Assembly: GCA_051362555.1 (NCBI GenBank)
Contig: CM120640.1
Location: 39,100,788 to 39,164,787 of the forward strand
From: Lingula anatina
Taxonomy: Eukaryota > Animalia > Brachiopoda
Direction: 5' to 3'
Length of the DNA: 64,000 bases
Part shown: in pieces, positions 11,696-24,121 of the stretch
Layout: each line of letters starts with the position of its first letter
Position numbering within the stretch: position 1 is the stretch's first letter
Notes under the pieces: generated by a model
The model's input: the letters and a program-made list of their open reading frames with translations, nothing else
What the model was told of the DNA's origin: nothing
Databases searched by the model: none
Program-made: the position numbers and the translations under genes

Positions 11696-14600
11696 CTGGA
11701 GTGAAAATGTGATAATGAAATACATGTACAATTAAAATGAAAACAGTTAAAAACTGAAATTTATATTAACTTCACTATATTTTGTTTCGTTACCCCCCCC
11801 CCTTCCCCCATTTTGTAATTTTAATTTAAATTTACGTTCTATTGATATGTAAATATCTGTTGTATAAGTCATTTTGCAATAAACGGCAATATTCATCTTT
11901 CTGGTGTTCGTTCTCCTCTCCTTTATAATACCTTACAAGCATTTTTTAACATATTATAATGAGATAATGGAAATCATACATAAAGTTGGTATATTTTGAT
12001 ACCGTCTGAGATGATTTGATAAAGCTAAAATAAGCGTGTTGCATGCAATAGAAAAAGCACTGTGAATGAATTTAGCTGTCTTTTAAAACGAATGGACTAA
12101 TGGATGTTTTAAAATTTAACCTTATTTAAAGAATGGAAATAGCAACACATATTGTCTTATTAAAAACTGTCTATTACTCGCGAAATCGCAAGCATCTTGG
12201 TCTGCTTGTTTGTTACTTGCAAATTAATTTTCGTCAATGCATTGGCCTGCTCGTTTGTTTGTTTGTGGTCTGCTCGTTTGTTTGTTTTGTGGTTTGTTGT
12301 TGTGGATATGCAATCGAGGGAGTTTGAATTACTCCTAAATACCTCTATGTTAACATACAATCTACATGTGCTCCCAGTTCTTTTTAAAGGCTGGCAATAT
12401 GATATTTGCTAGATTTATTGTATTATAGTTCGCAAGTATTTCCTCTGTAAGCAATTTTATTTTAATTTCCTCCTTATTGCTTTTTTCGTGTGATAAAAGT
12501 GTGGGTGAGTTTTCAAATCATAGAATTGTGCTGGAACAACCATTCATTCCTCTACCCAAGTTGAAGCTTCATGGAACAGAGCCTAAAATAAGAAACTTTC
12601 TTGACTTTGAAATGTAAAAGGCCAGCTGCATTAAGGCCCGGAAGATGCGCGCGTTTTTTTTTTTTCTCTTTTTTATGGAATGCTCAAGTTTGGGTATCAC
12701 GGAAAATTCCTGACCTTGGCATTCTCAACGTCTGAAGTTAAGGGCTTTTGCCAGATAACTAGCAGTTGCTAGTACAACATTCCCAGACGCTGAGAGTAGC
12801 TGGACTTGGCCAGTGTAGCTTAATTTTTGCCGGGTAACCGAGAGAAACGCATGGTTATTTACATTAAAAAGGACGCGAATAGTTTATTACAGATGGGGCT
12901 ACGTGCTTTTAAATACGCGGATTTCTTTATGCGCAAAGGTAGGACTTAACGCCGTTTGGGGCACATGAATATTTAAGCTATACCCGACCTTGAAACCCGA
13001 TCTCAAAAGTTGTTTTTCTGTTCAAAAACTCGTGGTTAAACAATCTTCCGTTGGTGGTCCGTATGGTGATTTATTGAGTTTTAATTCAGATTACGGCAAT
13101 GCGTATAGTTAAAAATCTGGTCAGTGACTGTGATTAAGTTGGAACGCCAAGCAGATGGCCGGATAAACCCTCTAACATATCATCACATGACCGAAGGGTA
13201 TCCAAACACCACCTTGACTTGACCAAGCGTGATAATATCACCTGCGTTGGATATACACACGCGCAGGTAGTCCCAGATATAGCCAGAAAGTTCAAGGGAG
13301 TTCTATAAAGGATCCAAGGCACCTTGAAATTAACTGGGGCTGAATTCGAGTAAAAAGGAAAATTACTGAACTGGTTTGGCACTGGTTTGGTGTCGGAAAT
13401 TTCCATGCTGTGACTAGGTGATTTAAGGTTAAAAAAACACACTCACACACAAAAATTACGTTAAACTAAACTTCAGAAGGGGATGGGGGTTCAAGCTTCT
13501 TTGCAAAGCAAATGCAAATTTCGGTTGTATGAATGACATATTATTACACGTAAGTAGCATACTTTAATGTCATTAAAGAGCGTAGAAAATGAAAATAAAG
13601 AGTCCTAGCGATGTCGTGTAACAGAAGCATAAAGCACTTTAGGGAGGGGATATCGTTTTTTGGTTTACTGAGTATACCTTCACCCTGGCAGCTTATGTAA
13701 CTCCGTGAGTCTACCCTTTTGTCGGTCTGGACTGAATAAATTAACTTGTCTCAAATCGAGGAGATGTGCCGTTCTGAACATTTGATAGAATAATCGAAAA
13801 GACAATTCGAAGGTTCTCAAAAGGGAATCAATTTCATATTTCTCTCAATATCTCACACTGGTATAACCGTAAATATTTACAAATTTAAATATTAGATCTG
13901 ATGAAGTGTTTGAAGATAGTGAGTTATAACTGCATCTATTTAGTTGCAAATATGACGCAGTTAGACTGGAACGCATTTCAGAATATTTTAGATCTACGAC
14001 TAAACGAACCTGAAAAACTAACTGTTATTGTTTTAATTCGATTTCGTTCATGCTCAATTACAAGCTCAAACAGGAGATACCGTAAACTGTATCTTGGAGA
14101 AGATCTAATCAAATTTTTTTTGCAATAGCTGATTCAACGAACCACATGCCCCCCCTCTTTAGTATCCCTTCTCTCTCTCTCTCTCTAAAAAAATGACACC
14201 TATCAAGCGAAACGAAACAAAATCATATAATTTTATCAACCCTGTGCCTTATATGTTACAATCAAACTGTTCTTCCCAACCATTTTATATTAGCCGGGTG
14301 AAACGAGGTATAGAAAATAAATCTTTGCTCTACACCAACCCCTCAACAAAATCCTGGATCAGTCAGAGGTGTGATGTCAAACACATATTGATATCAATTT
14401 TGCTAATAAAGCAAAATCCTCGACATTTTGTCTTCTTCAGATGCTATTTAAAAAAATAAAATGATTTGTATGATAGCTATGATAGAATGGTTTATATGAT
14501 AGAAACTGGAGATAACAGGTTACCACAACATTCCCAGAAAAAAAAAACTACGAATAATCTATCTATCTATCTATCAGTGTTATCTTAGTTATGTTCACTC

Positions 14601-14839
14601 TTGAACTCCAATCTAATTCACCGAAGAGAAGTTAAAGAAGCTAAGAAACAAATCCTTGTCAAACCAATACATTTCAATCATAGATGTTCACTCGTTGAAA
14701 GTTGGCAGTTGATAGTGGCGATCAAGAATGGTGAAATATTTGGAGCTCATTTAAAGTCAATGGGTCTTTTGATCTCTCGTTCAACACGGTCACCACACCT
14801 GAGAAAACCCGGTTCAAGCCAGCCCCAGCGCTATCTAAA

Positions 14840-14896
14840 CCCCCCCCCCCTCCCCCCCCCCCCAACCCTCCCCCCCCCCCTCCCCCCCCCCCCCCC
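14840..14896. repeat. Interrupted poly-C tracts (G-quadruplex-capable on the - strand)
   Basis: Several long C runs separated by t or aa. Confidence 0.8.
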
Positions 14897-16380
14897 TCAA
14901 CAGGAAACCATAGCCATGTTTATATTCCACGACCGGTTCTTCGAACAAAAGGATTACAGTGCACGCGTACGTGTATTTCGCTCACGCTCTCGCTTGTAAC
15001 TTCATACGCTTCGGTGCGTTGATCTTATTGTTCCAGCCGTGGGATAAGCCAGTTACAGCTACTTGTCGTCCGCTACATCCGACAAACAAGAGCAAATTAT
15101 ATCATGACTGCTGCAGTGGACGACTCCTGTTGTAATACTAAGAGCGTTAAAACTAAAACTATAATCCGGTGAATTAGTGTTTTTACTTTTGTTTGCCAAA
15201 AAGACAAATAGTGACACATACACAGAAATTGATTTTAATCAGTAGTCAGACCAGATAGATGTGCGCGGTTTCCTGTGAAGTAGTGTTTCTCTATAGTGCT
15301 CAGAGAAACCCCTGGGAGACCGCCAAGAGCCCGTTTCTGTCTACGTGCTACCACGTGTAGCCCGTGTTTGTGAAATAAATTGAGCGAAGTTTTACAAATG
15401 ACTGTTGTGTTTCCTTCCACTAAAATCGCTAACATTTTCACAGCAGTAGTTAGACAATTGTGCTTGATATGGAAATTTATTTATAAGGAAACCAAGTGTT
15501 TTAACATTACGAACTGATGATGATAAGTGAATGGCAAGGCTTATTGTACATGTTGTGGAAATATGATGCGGTCAAGCGTGCTTTGGTAACGGTAAATTGC
15601 CCAAGGGCCCATATCAGCTATTTTTATAATGCATTTAGGCTACCTTTTGTCTCTAAAATATGCAAATCGATTTTACGCTTTATCGTTTTAAGTCTCCTTT
15701 TTTAAAGCTGACACAAATATCCATAGTGAAACTCAACAAAACAGGTGCATGGGGTCATTTTATTGTTATATAATTCTTGCAACACTCCGAGCCCTAGATC
15801 CGGGCATCTTTGAAGTCAGCGAGGATCTTCAAGTGCAAATTCGATTTTTAAGGATTGGTAGGTGATTTTTTTATGTTTTGCAATCCGTTGAATCCGGGAT
15901 GGTATTTATCTAGCAAGCTTGCCAAAGTGACAACACTATTTAAGACTTCTGACTATATCTTGCGGCAAAAGTGGCATACGTTCGCAGTGTTTAGTTACAA
16001 ATAAACATGATAAAAAGCACTCGTCCAAACCGGACTTGTTATTTCTTTTCTTTATTGAAATTGTTTGACCTTCTTCGCAGGTTTAAACGAAAATAGATGC
16101 ATACATATCAAACTCATTCTATTTCAAGAAATATGAAATAATATTTCACAATATCATTGGAAAATATTTGCGCACATATGACCGTGATTATATCTCAGGG
16201 GCTAAGATTTCTAAAGCCATCCCTTTTAAGTGCATCACCAAGAAAGGAAAAACTGGAGACTAATTATAATTGTCTTTAGTGTTTAGCTTAGTATGCTTAA
16301 CCCGACACTGATTAAGTGTGTTTGGAAAGATGGATGTTTGGGTTATAATTGGAAATAAGACTCATCCTACCTTGTCAACT

Positions 16381-16500
16381 ATTATTCATTCTTTTGACAC
16401 TTTCTAAATACCTAATATAAGTTATTCATTGTTTTAACACTTTCTAAATACCTAATATAACTTATTCATTGTTTTGACACTTTCTAAATACCTAATATAG
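16381..16500. repeat. 40-bp tandem repeat x3
   Basis: Unit (n)ttattcatt(c/g)tttt(g/a)acactttctaaatacctaatata(a/g), three head-to-tail copies with no spacers. Confidence 0.92.
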
Positions 16501-16665
16501 GTGCGCATGTTAATTACCATCGCAAAATATATGACATTTTATTAAGTATGTAAACAGTGTCTAAAAATGTCTTGCAAAATTTACAGTATTTCACAATGTT
16601 TTCTGCGATTAAATTTCTTCAACTAATAACACATCTTGCTGACATAAAAAGTTTAAACGTCTTAC

Positions 16666-16675
16666 CTTGTAACAT
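16666..16675 (-). CDS. Candidate first coding exon (ATG TTA CAA G) of GT copy 2
   Basis: aagccATGTTACAAG|gtaaga combines a Kozak-like ATG with a strong donor. Its phase 1 matches the acceptor at 11695, giving MLQDGVRTPGF... The intron spans 11696-16665. Confidence 0.7.
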
Positions 16676-16789
16676 GGCTTGATCTTGTGTGCAGAACTAT
16701 TCAGCAATAGTTTTGGTTGAATGTTGGGTTTGTCTCCCTCTGCGTGTGTCAGCCAACTGGTCTCTCCTGCGCCCTACTGGACGATGGCA

Positions 16790-16828
16790 GTGTTTTTGAC
16801 GATTATGCGGTTGACTGCCTTATAAATG
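16790..16828 (-). promoter_or_regulatory. Putative TATA promoter of GT copy 2
   Basis: Minus-strand ccatTTATAAgg at ~16819-16826, about 150 nt upstream of the ATG at 16675. Confidence 0.5.
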
Positions 16829-18061
16829 GAACAGTCCTTGGGTACGGCCGCCGTTTCTGTTTACAGGGGTGACATTGTGTGACGATTGCCAATGAAATTG
16901 AATGCCAAGTGCTGTGCACGCATCTTCGTTTTCGCGGTTAATCAAACAGTTCGCATGTCACTGCACAAATCCTCTTACACGAGAAACCGTGGTGAACCGC
17001 TCTGTTATCACTTATTGAAATTTTGGTGACTTGTTTTCATGAAAAATCGTGTAATACGCACTTCACGAGTCAGCAAGGTGTATGTGAGATGAACGAGTGC
17101 GAAACACTAATGGATTTCACGTACTGAGTAAATAATATATATATATATATATATATAAGCATCTTAATAGTTCGTATTATGTTGATATAATTCAAGTCTA
17201 CATTTAAGATATCTTAACTATTATAGCAACGTGCAAAGTGACGGGTGCTACACAATCTTTAGTAGGCCTATTATATAAAAACGTACGTTTGATAGATCGT
17301 ATGTTTGATAGACGTGGGTACATGTGCACTGTAGCTGGTAATTATTTGCCAATGATGCTGTGCTGCAGTACTTATATTCACTTGGCCAGGTGGAATTTTG
17401 GACAATTTTGGGAAGGAGGGGACTTGAAGGCGAGAGGTCTCTGTTAAATGTCCCTCCACAACAATATGTGAGCGTAAGCCCAAATTTGGATCTTAACATA
17501 TTTAACATATTTGGGTGAAGGGTCGGATGAACGGCATGCGAGACAAATGAATTTAATGCAAATCTATGTTCACCTGCTGTATGCTATCTTACACAGTAAA
17601 AGAAACTGCGTTTTTTTAAATCATTTTGTTCAAGTAAGGCTAATAATCGCTACATGTATCAACGGCAAACATGCTGACTTTATTAGGCTGATCTTCTTGA
17701 TATGGGACGAAAGTACTATAATGAAACGAGATTTAATCTGTGGACGGTAAAAATTAAGGCAAAAAAGTTACACAACAACGAACACGTGGTACTGTTATAA
17801 AATTTTAAAGTGCTGGACAATCCATCATCCCGATCTATACACCGTGATCTCCCTGAAATCGATACGTGTCCCCCACTGAATTGACGCGCAAATTAATGGT
17901 AGCAGTTGACCCACTCCATAGAAATATTTCAATCTGATTTTTTTTTTATAAAAAAAGAAGCACTCAAGCTCAAAATTAATTTAAAGTCCAGAGAGACAAC
18001 AAAGAAGTAACCGCCGACTTCAAAACTAGATGGTTTTCAAGGCCGCGACTGCTCCAGTCAT

Positions 18062-18086
18062 ACTGGCGTATCCAGGATTCGGCTTT

Positions 18087-18122
<36 letters not shown>

Positions 18123-18130
18123 GGGGGGGG
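18062..18130. repeat. Poly-G tract preceded by ctggcgtatccagg (probable end of a G-rich MITE)
   Basis: ~40-nt G run. The 5' motif resembles the termini of poly-G-containing MITEs, with only a degenerate partner near 18720-18740. Confidence 0.45.
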
Positions 18131-19330
18131 TAAAATTTTAAGCATAAGACGAGAAAAATAAATTTGCGCGGCTGAGCTATTTTGAGTAACACGTCAAAAC
18201 GGAATAAAGCACGCTGGCTTTGCAAGGTGTCGCTTGTGAAGACCGGTCATTTCAGCCCCCAGGCGCATACTGCTACCGTGACAAAGCAGTAGCGGCAGTG
18301 ACTTGATATCTCTCTGTAACTCCTTAAATTTTTCATTTTATGACAGATATTATATTTACTAACTACAGTGTTAATTAAACGCCGTATTTATGGCACGTAT
18401 CCAAAAGTGACCCCAGGTACGCCTAAACCGGTCACAGATGGCTGGAGTTTCTTTTGTTCTCGTCCCAAAGCAGAAGCCAAATCTCGATAAATGCAAAAGA
18501 ACAAACATATCGATAACAAATAAGTTCCATGTAGTGCAATGAAATGCAGTAAACATTTTGTGGGTGGACACGGTTGTCCACAGAAAATACGCGTTCGTTT
18601 AACAAAAAATGTACCAAGTCACACTGAAGATCATGGTTCCAAATTCTGAAAGGTGTGCTTATGTACATGTGAATTTATTTTTTGTGAATGGGTCCGTGCA
18701 CGCGTGTTGATCAATTTCAGCCCTTAGTTACGCCTCAGTTATGCCAGAAGTCACGTCTACGTCGCCTTTTTTTCTGGCGACAACTAGACCTGCCCGTTAC
18801 AATTTATCTTAGCAAGAAAAAAGTGTCTTGAATCAAGAGGACCTATCCCGTAACCTAGATCCGTATTTGACAGACAATTCTTCGAAAGAGTCCTGGGTCC
18901 GGGTTTAGTTTTAATAAATTCTTGCCACGTGTTGTTTTTTTATCCAAACCTAAAACTATTATAGCATTGGTTTTGAGAAGCCAGTTTCTTGAAATAGGCC
19001 TAAGGACAAAAGTCGGCCTAATTCAGATTCATCTCAGTCACCTGGAAGTAGGAAATGGCAGAAAACGGTTTCAGGTGCTATTAGATTCTATATGAGACGC
19101 ATACCCTTTGTTGCATATTGTGTTTTGCATTGTATTGTGTATTGACTCCTAGCTCCTTATAATGGGTTTGAACATCTGAAAATTTGATCGTCACAGGCCT
19201 GTAATTTTTGTGGGCTACCTTCAAAATGTAAAATTGTGATTGCTACACGACACATCCACCACAATCTCTTATGTTCGAAGCAATGTTTCTGAAAATAGAG
19301 ATGTCTAGCTCTGCATGTTGTTTGGCGAGG

Positions 19331-22300
19331 ATGGCGCAGAAGGAGTCTGCAGGTGTCATAAAGCGCCAAATGCAGTACAAACCAATGACTCCACCATGGA
19401 AAGAAACATACAGAAAGGTAGTGATATTTTCCCTTGGGTCTACAAAAGGCTTAAACTTAGTCATTATTTAACACTCTGGACGGTTAGTTGGTCCCGGTGG
19501 GTCCTGTTGCCCATTTGATTTGATTTTGAGATCATTGAGATTGAGTTTCACAAAATAATGTCTCATTCATTTACATATATCCTTTGATTTGGCGTGGTTT
19601 TCTATACTGTGGCATGATTGCCAGATTTTGCTGTAGTTTTACTCGCGAGAAGGAAATGTACACTCAACAACCACAGCCAGAAAGGGTCATTGCTTGATTC
19701 TACCGGTAGGAGATGGAGGGAGGGGGGACTGAGAGAGAATTTCAATTCTGACGTGATCTGTGTATATAATTAAATACAGGTCACAACACAAGTACAAAAT
19801 ATCGTCTGTTTGTAAAATGAAGACAATTTCAAAGGTGCATCAATTCACAAATTTCAAAGCCATTATATTAAACTGCCCACCCCTCACCCACCAAGATAGA
19901 TTCAACACCACAGTTTATATAAGGGAAATGCATTCACATCACTTCCAGTTTAGATTAGCTGTCTGCAACCAGACAGTGAGATGTGCTGTACATGCAATGT
20001 CGCAGAGCAGTTTAAAAAAATTGAGTGTTTTTGTCCTTTTGAATTTCATTAAGATTATTTAGGTAACAGATGCATGGACAGGCTTAAGATGAAGGTCTTT
20101 TCAGCAGATATGATAGGTCAATGCCTTCTTGTCATAATTGAATGAGTTGTCTTTATTAGCTATGCAATGAAATATTGGCAGAATTCCAACTCGGTGGTAT
20201 TAAGTGTTTTACAGACAAGATGTTTATCTGTTACATTAGTAGAACATTATTTATTGGATCTCTTTTTCTGTTGGATAAATCCATATCTTGTCATTTTAGA
20301 GATGTATGAGCAGACTGAAGAAAAATCGAGAGGCCTTTCTGAACAGATTCCGAACTTCTGAAAGTAACAACAACAACAAACCATCACTTGTTAGGAATCT
20401 CATGGTTCAAGAGTGGAAAACTCTGCAGGCAGAAGAAGGTGGACTTCCACAGTTATCTGATAATTTTGATGTAAGTTTTTTAATTAAAATAAGTTGTTAA
20501 GGATAGAAAGTATTGGTCATAAAGCATCACGAGTCTCTTTGTTTTACCAGACCTGGAACCATGCATAACTAAACTCTTGTTTCATTCATGTTTCTTCTGC
20601 AAGAAAATAGTTTGAAATATTAAGTGTTTTTACTGCCTATGCTGATATTTGATTTCAGTCACATTCATTTTTCAGAAAGCAGGATCTTTATTGTTTTATA
20701 TATAGCATTTTAACAAATTTATAGAAATAAAGCAACTTAATATTAATTCCTTTCTGAATCAGCTCCAATCTGCACCAGATGACACAGATGTTGAGCAGGT
20801 TTTGTCAATTTTGGAAGAAATAAAGTCAGAACTGCTTTTAGAAGGTATGTTAAAACAAAGGGTTATATTTTGCTTTGTTCTTCATATCAGTGTTTTGTTA
20901 TAGCCTGCAATTGCATGGAGTAGTTTGAACCATTAGCAGAATTAACAGTGTAATATTTCATTACTTTCAAATTCCAGCTCACAAAAAAATTCAGTATCCT
21001 GTATATTTTTTCATGCTCAAGATATGAAGTCAAAATAAGAAGAGGAGATGGAATGTCCTTTAATTTGTATTTTTTTCAATTAATTTTTTGGATTTTAGAA
21101 CAACGCATATTGGAGGAGTATGAAAAAAGTTTGGCTTTTGACGAGGCTGGGCTTTGTGCTGCAATAGACCAATTAAAAACAGATGAAGTCATTTGTCCTA
21201 TATGTAAAAAGTGAGTTCAATTGAGTCGGGTGTGCTTAAATTGGCTTCTGAATTGTCTTCTTGTATCGGATGGTGCAGTTGAAACAATGTCGTTCAGTAA
21301 AGCATAAGCAAATTTGTCAAACAATGGTGGTTTTTTGTTGATCCAGAGGACCAGTGTTGTAAAATGAAAGTTCAACAAAAAAATGTGCATGGTACATATT
21401 GATCCATAACTTTGTGTCCATAATTGAAAATGTTATTTTTAGAGGGAAAACAACTGTTCATTTTGGCCACAAAATTGATTTTCCTGGGGTAAAGGACAAT
21501 TTTCCTATACTAACCAATGGATAATGAATCCATTCCCACATTCAAAGTTAGACCCTGTTTTTTTTTTTCTAAAAAAAATGGTTTTCTGTAATGTTCTCTT
21601 AAGAGATTATTATAGAGTGTAGCCATATATGGAGGTCTTGTGATATGATGGCAAGCACAAATTTCAGAATAATTGTGTTTATCACCAATTTTGGTGTTAA
21701 AATGGAATTTATTATATTTCTATGAGCTGTTTACAATGCATTTATTGTAAAATATCGATAACTTATGAACAGTTGTTATCTATTTAAGTGGACAGAATGT
21801 ACAAAATGTTACCGTTGTTATGATGTAGTTTCATTTCACAAATATGGACCTTGTAAAATATACAGAAAAAGGTTGTAAAATAATGAATGCAGCTGTTTAT
21901 TTTTTATAATTTTATGCAATGTTTTACATTTTAGAAATCCACTTATGCAGAATAAACAAATTATATTTTGTTGCTGTGGGATGAGGATTGACACAGAGGT
22001 AATGCTTTTATGCTCTTGTTTTATATTGAAAGAAAAATTTTTATATTTGGAACAGTGTTCGCCTCTTAGGAAAATAAGTTGCTGGACAGAAAGTCCAGCC
22101 ATCTTGAAAAATAGCTGGACTGAATGTCTGCCGGGTGGGAAAACTTCGCAGCCCGTTCTGGAAGTTGTCAGCCCGGGCAGACGGTCCAGCCTTAATTGCT
22201 AACACTGATTATGAAGGTATATTTACATATCTGAGTCTGTTAAAATGTACGACGCTCGTATGCAACTTTATTTTGTGTGGATGATGGAGTTATTAAGAAA

Positions 22301-22830
22301 TGCAAACTTGATCATGTCATGAGTTTCTGGAACAGATTAAAAATAATATCTTAAGTGTTTACCTCAAACCTTAGATGCTTTAAACTCCGTTTTTTATAAA
22401 TGAAACCTCCCATTTCAGCTGGATGGGTTGAATATAGCCAATATCAAAAGTCAACTTGAAGAAGGCATATCATTACACAATACTCAGTGCGTGAAAGAAG
22501 CCAAGTTTTCAGTGATGAAACAAGCAGGAGTAGAAAATCTTCTTATGACATGTGAGGTAAATATAATAGATTTACGATACAAACATTTTTTTTGTTAATT
22601 TTACATACAAAAAGTGGAAGAAAATGTTGTAACTTATAAGAGCAGGTCATATTAATTATTCTGGGTAATTAAGCCAACAACAGTGGTTGGAATCACACCA
22701 ATCTATTGCAAAGTAGTGTTGTTTGAATAAATAGGTATTTCTTTTTGTGACACAAATTGCATTCACATGCAACTATTGGTTTTAATTTTTTTTTTTTCAG
22801 ACCTGTGACTTTATGTTTATTGTGATATGA
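19331..22830 (+). CDS. RPAIN: RPA-interacting protein (RIP/RPAIN), 7 exons, 227 aa
   Basis: Exons 19331-19417, 20300-20470, 20763-20844, 21099-21210, 21935-21998, 22419-22556 and 22801-22830. All are GT-AG and phase-consistent (684 nt). N-terminal YK..TPPWKETYRKRC..RL...R..FLNRFR, an acidic middle, and a C-terminal Zn finger (VICPICKK..CCCGMRI..H...C..LLMTCETCDFMFIVI*). Confidence 0.93.
21438..21787. mobile_element. Degenerate copy of the TTAA-type MITE seen at 41925-42281 (in RPAIN intron 4)
   Basis: Colinear similarity with 41925-42281 (ttcattttggcca, aatccatt..cacattcaaagt, ctcttaagagattat, tagccat..atggaggtc, attatatttctatga). Its own inverted ends are caactgttcat / atgaacagttg. Confidence 0.75.
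22053..22207. mobile_element. Possible short hAT-like MITE in RPAIN intron 5
   Basis: Termini cagtgtt...aacactg with internal inverted gctggac/gtccagc motifs; no clear TSD. Confidence 0.4.
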
Positions 22831-23642
22831 CAGTGCAGGGGACTTCACTTGATAGTGTGGTGCTTGGACTGGCCCAGAAGAACACACAGTAAGATGAGGT
22901 GCTTGCCAGCAGATTCAGGCTCCGGTTGCTGCTTTCATTAAACTGTTGTACATGACTACAGAATTGGTTGAATCATGCACATATTCTAGTAGAGTACAAA
23001 TTGTGCAATTCATGTGCTGTTTGACAAAATGTTAACAAATCCAAAGAACTTGCAACAGTTTAGTAGTGTTTTTTTCATTCTTTGAATATGTTTAACAAAA
23101 TTTATACAAGTCTAAAGAAATAGTAAATTTTTTTGTTTCGTTTGTTGAATATGTTGTCATATGCCCATTTCCATTTTATACATGCTCAATATCTGGAGCT
23201 CAAAGCAGCCAGCTGATTCCTCCTTCCTGCGTTCAGCAAGGCTTTTCATTGCCCAGCGGTCATTTGGATGGCCATTAGCCTCAAAAGATTTGCTTATATT
23301 TTTTAAGAAGGCTGGGTAGCTTTGGGTTTGCTTCTGGTGAACACCCTGTAAATTGATGACTAAATTATAGATTTACTTTTTTTGGACTCCCTGTACTCCA
23401 AATCCTGGGGAAACCCCTGGTGTATAGGTAATTTGCATAAAATACCAGGGAAAAGTAAGTATCATGATAATCCATTATTTTGTTATGCACTTTATGTATT
23501 ATTATGTCTATGTATTATTATATTGTTATACTTGTAGTTGATATTATGTTAAGATATTAAAGTTTGTAAATAGAGTAAATTGTACCATATGTTTTAAAAG
23601 AAATTTCTATAAGTGAAATTTCCAGAATCTGAAATTTGACTC

Positions 23643-23648
23643 AATAAA
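23643..23648 (+). other. Candidate polyadenylation signal of RPAIN
   Basis: AATAAA about 810 nt after the stop, followed by T-rich sequence. Confidence 0.4.
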
Positions 23649-24121
23649 TCGAACAAAAAGTTATTTTATTCTGTTTTAGTAATTTATTGCTACTTACTTT
23701 ACAATATTGATTTCATTTTTATGGATGAGGTAATGTGGGCGGGTTTAAGTGAGCGATGTTAATCTGGTGAAATGCCCCAGTTGTAATACAGGACTGATTA
23801 CAATATCAGTAATATTTTATGTTTTGAAAACTAACTTCTCAAGAAACAAATAGATATCAATTTAGGGCAGGTTTTATTTCTAGGGATGTTTTTCACATCA
23901 AGCATATTGGTATTTTGGAACAACGTTGCACTAGACATGACACGACAAAAAATTAACCATCAGAGATTTATTCAAGCTCTTGGTATGTTGGGAAAGCGAA
24001 TTCAAGTAGATTTCCAATGTGCTTCATAAGATATTTATTCCCTTTGAATCAACCTACTTGTGATACAGAACGACATGTCTGAATGTGAAAGCAAGTCGCA
24101 AGCGACTGAAATGACTAGAGA

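Noticed and set aside
14601-14999. Proline-rich 132-aa ORF
   Set aside because: The polyproline is just the translation of poly-C tracts. The ORF has a TTG start and no splice support.
16381-16500. CRISPR-like repeat
   Set aside because: The 40-bp units are directly head-to-tail with no unique spacers and no cas genes, so this is an ordinary minisatellite.
4600-16675. Shared first exon splicing alternatively to both GT copies
   Set aside because: Exon 16666-16675 is phase 1, but the copy 1 acceptor (4606) needs phase 2 to be in frame. Copy 1 has its own ATG and candidate promoter.
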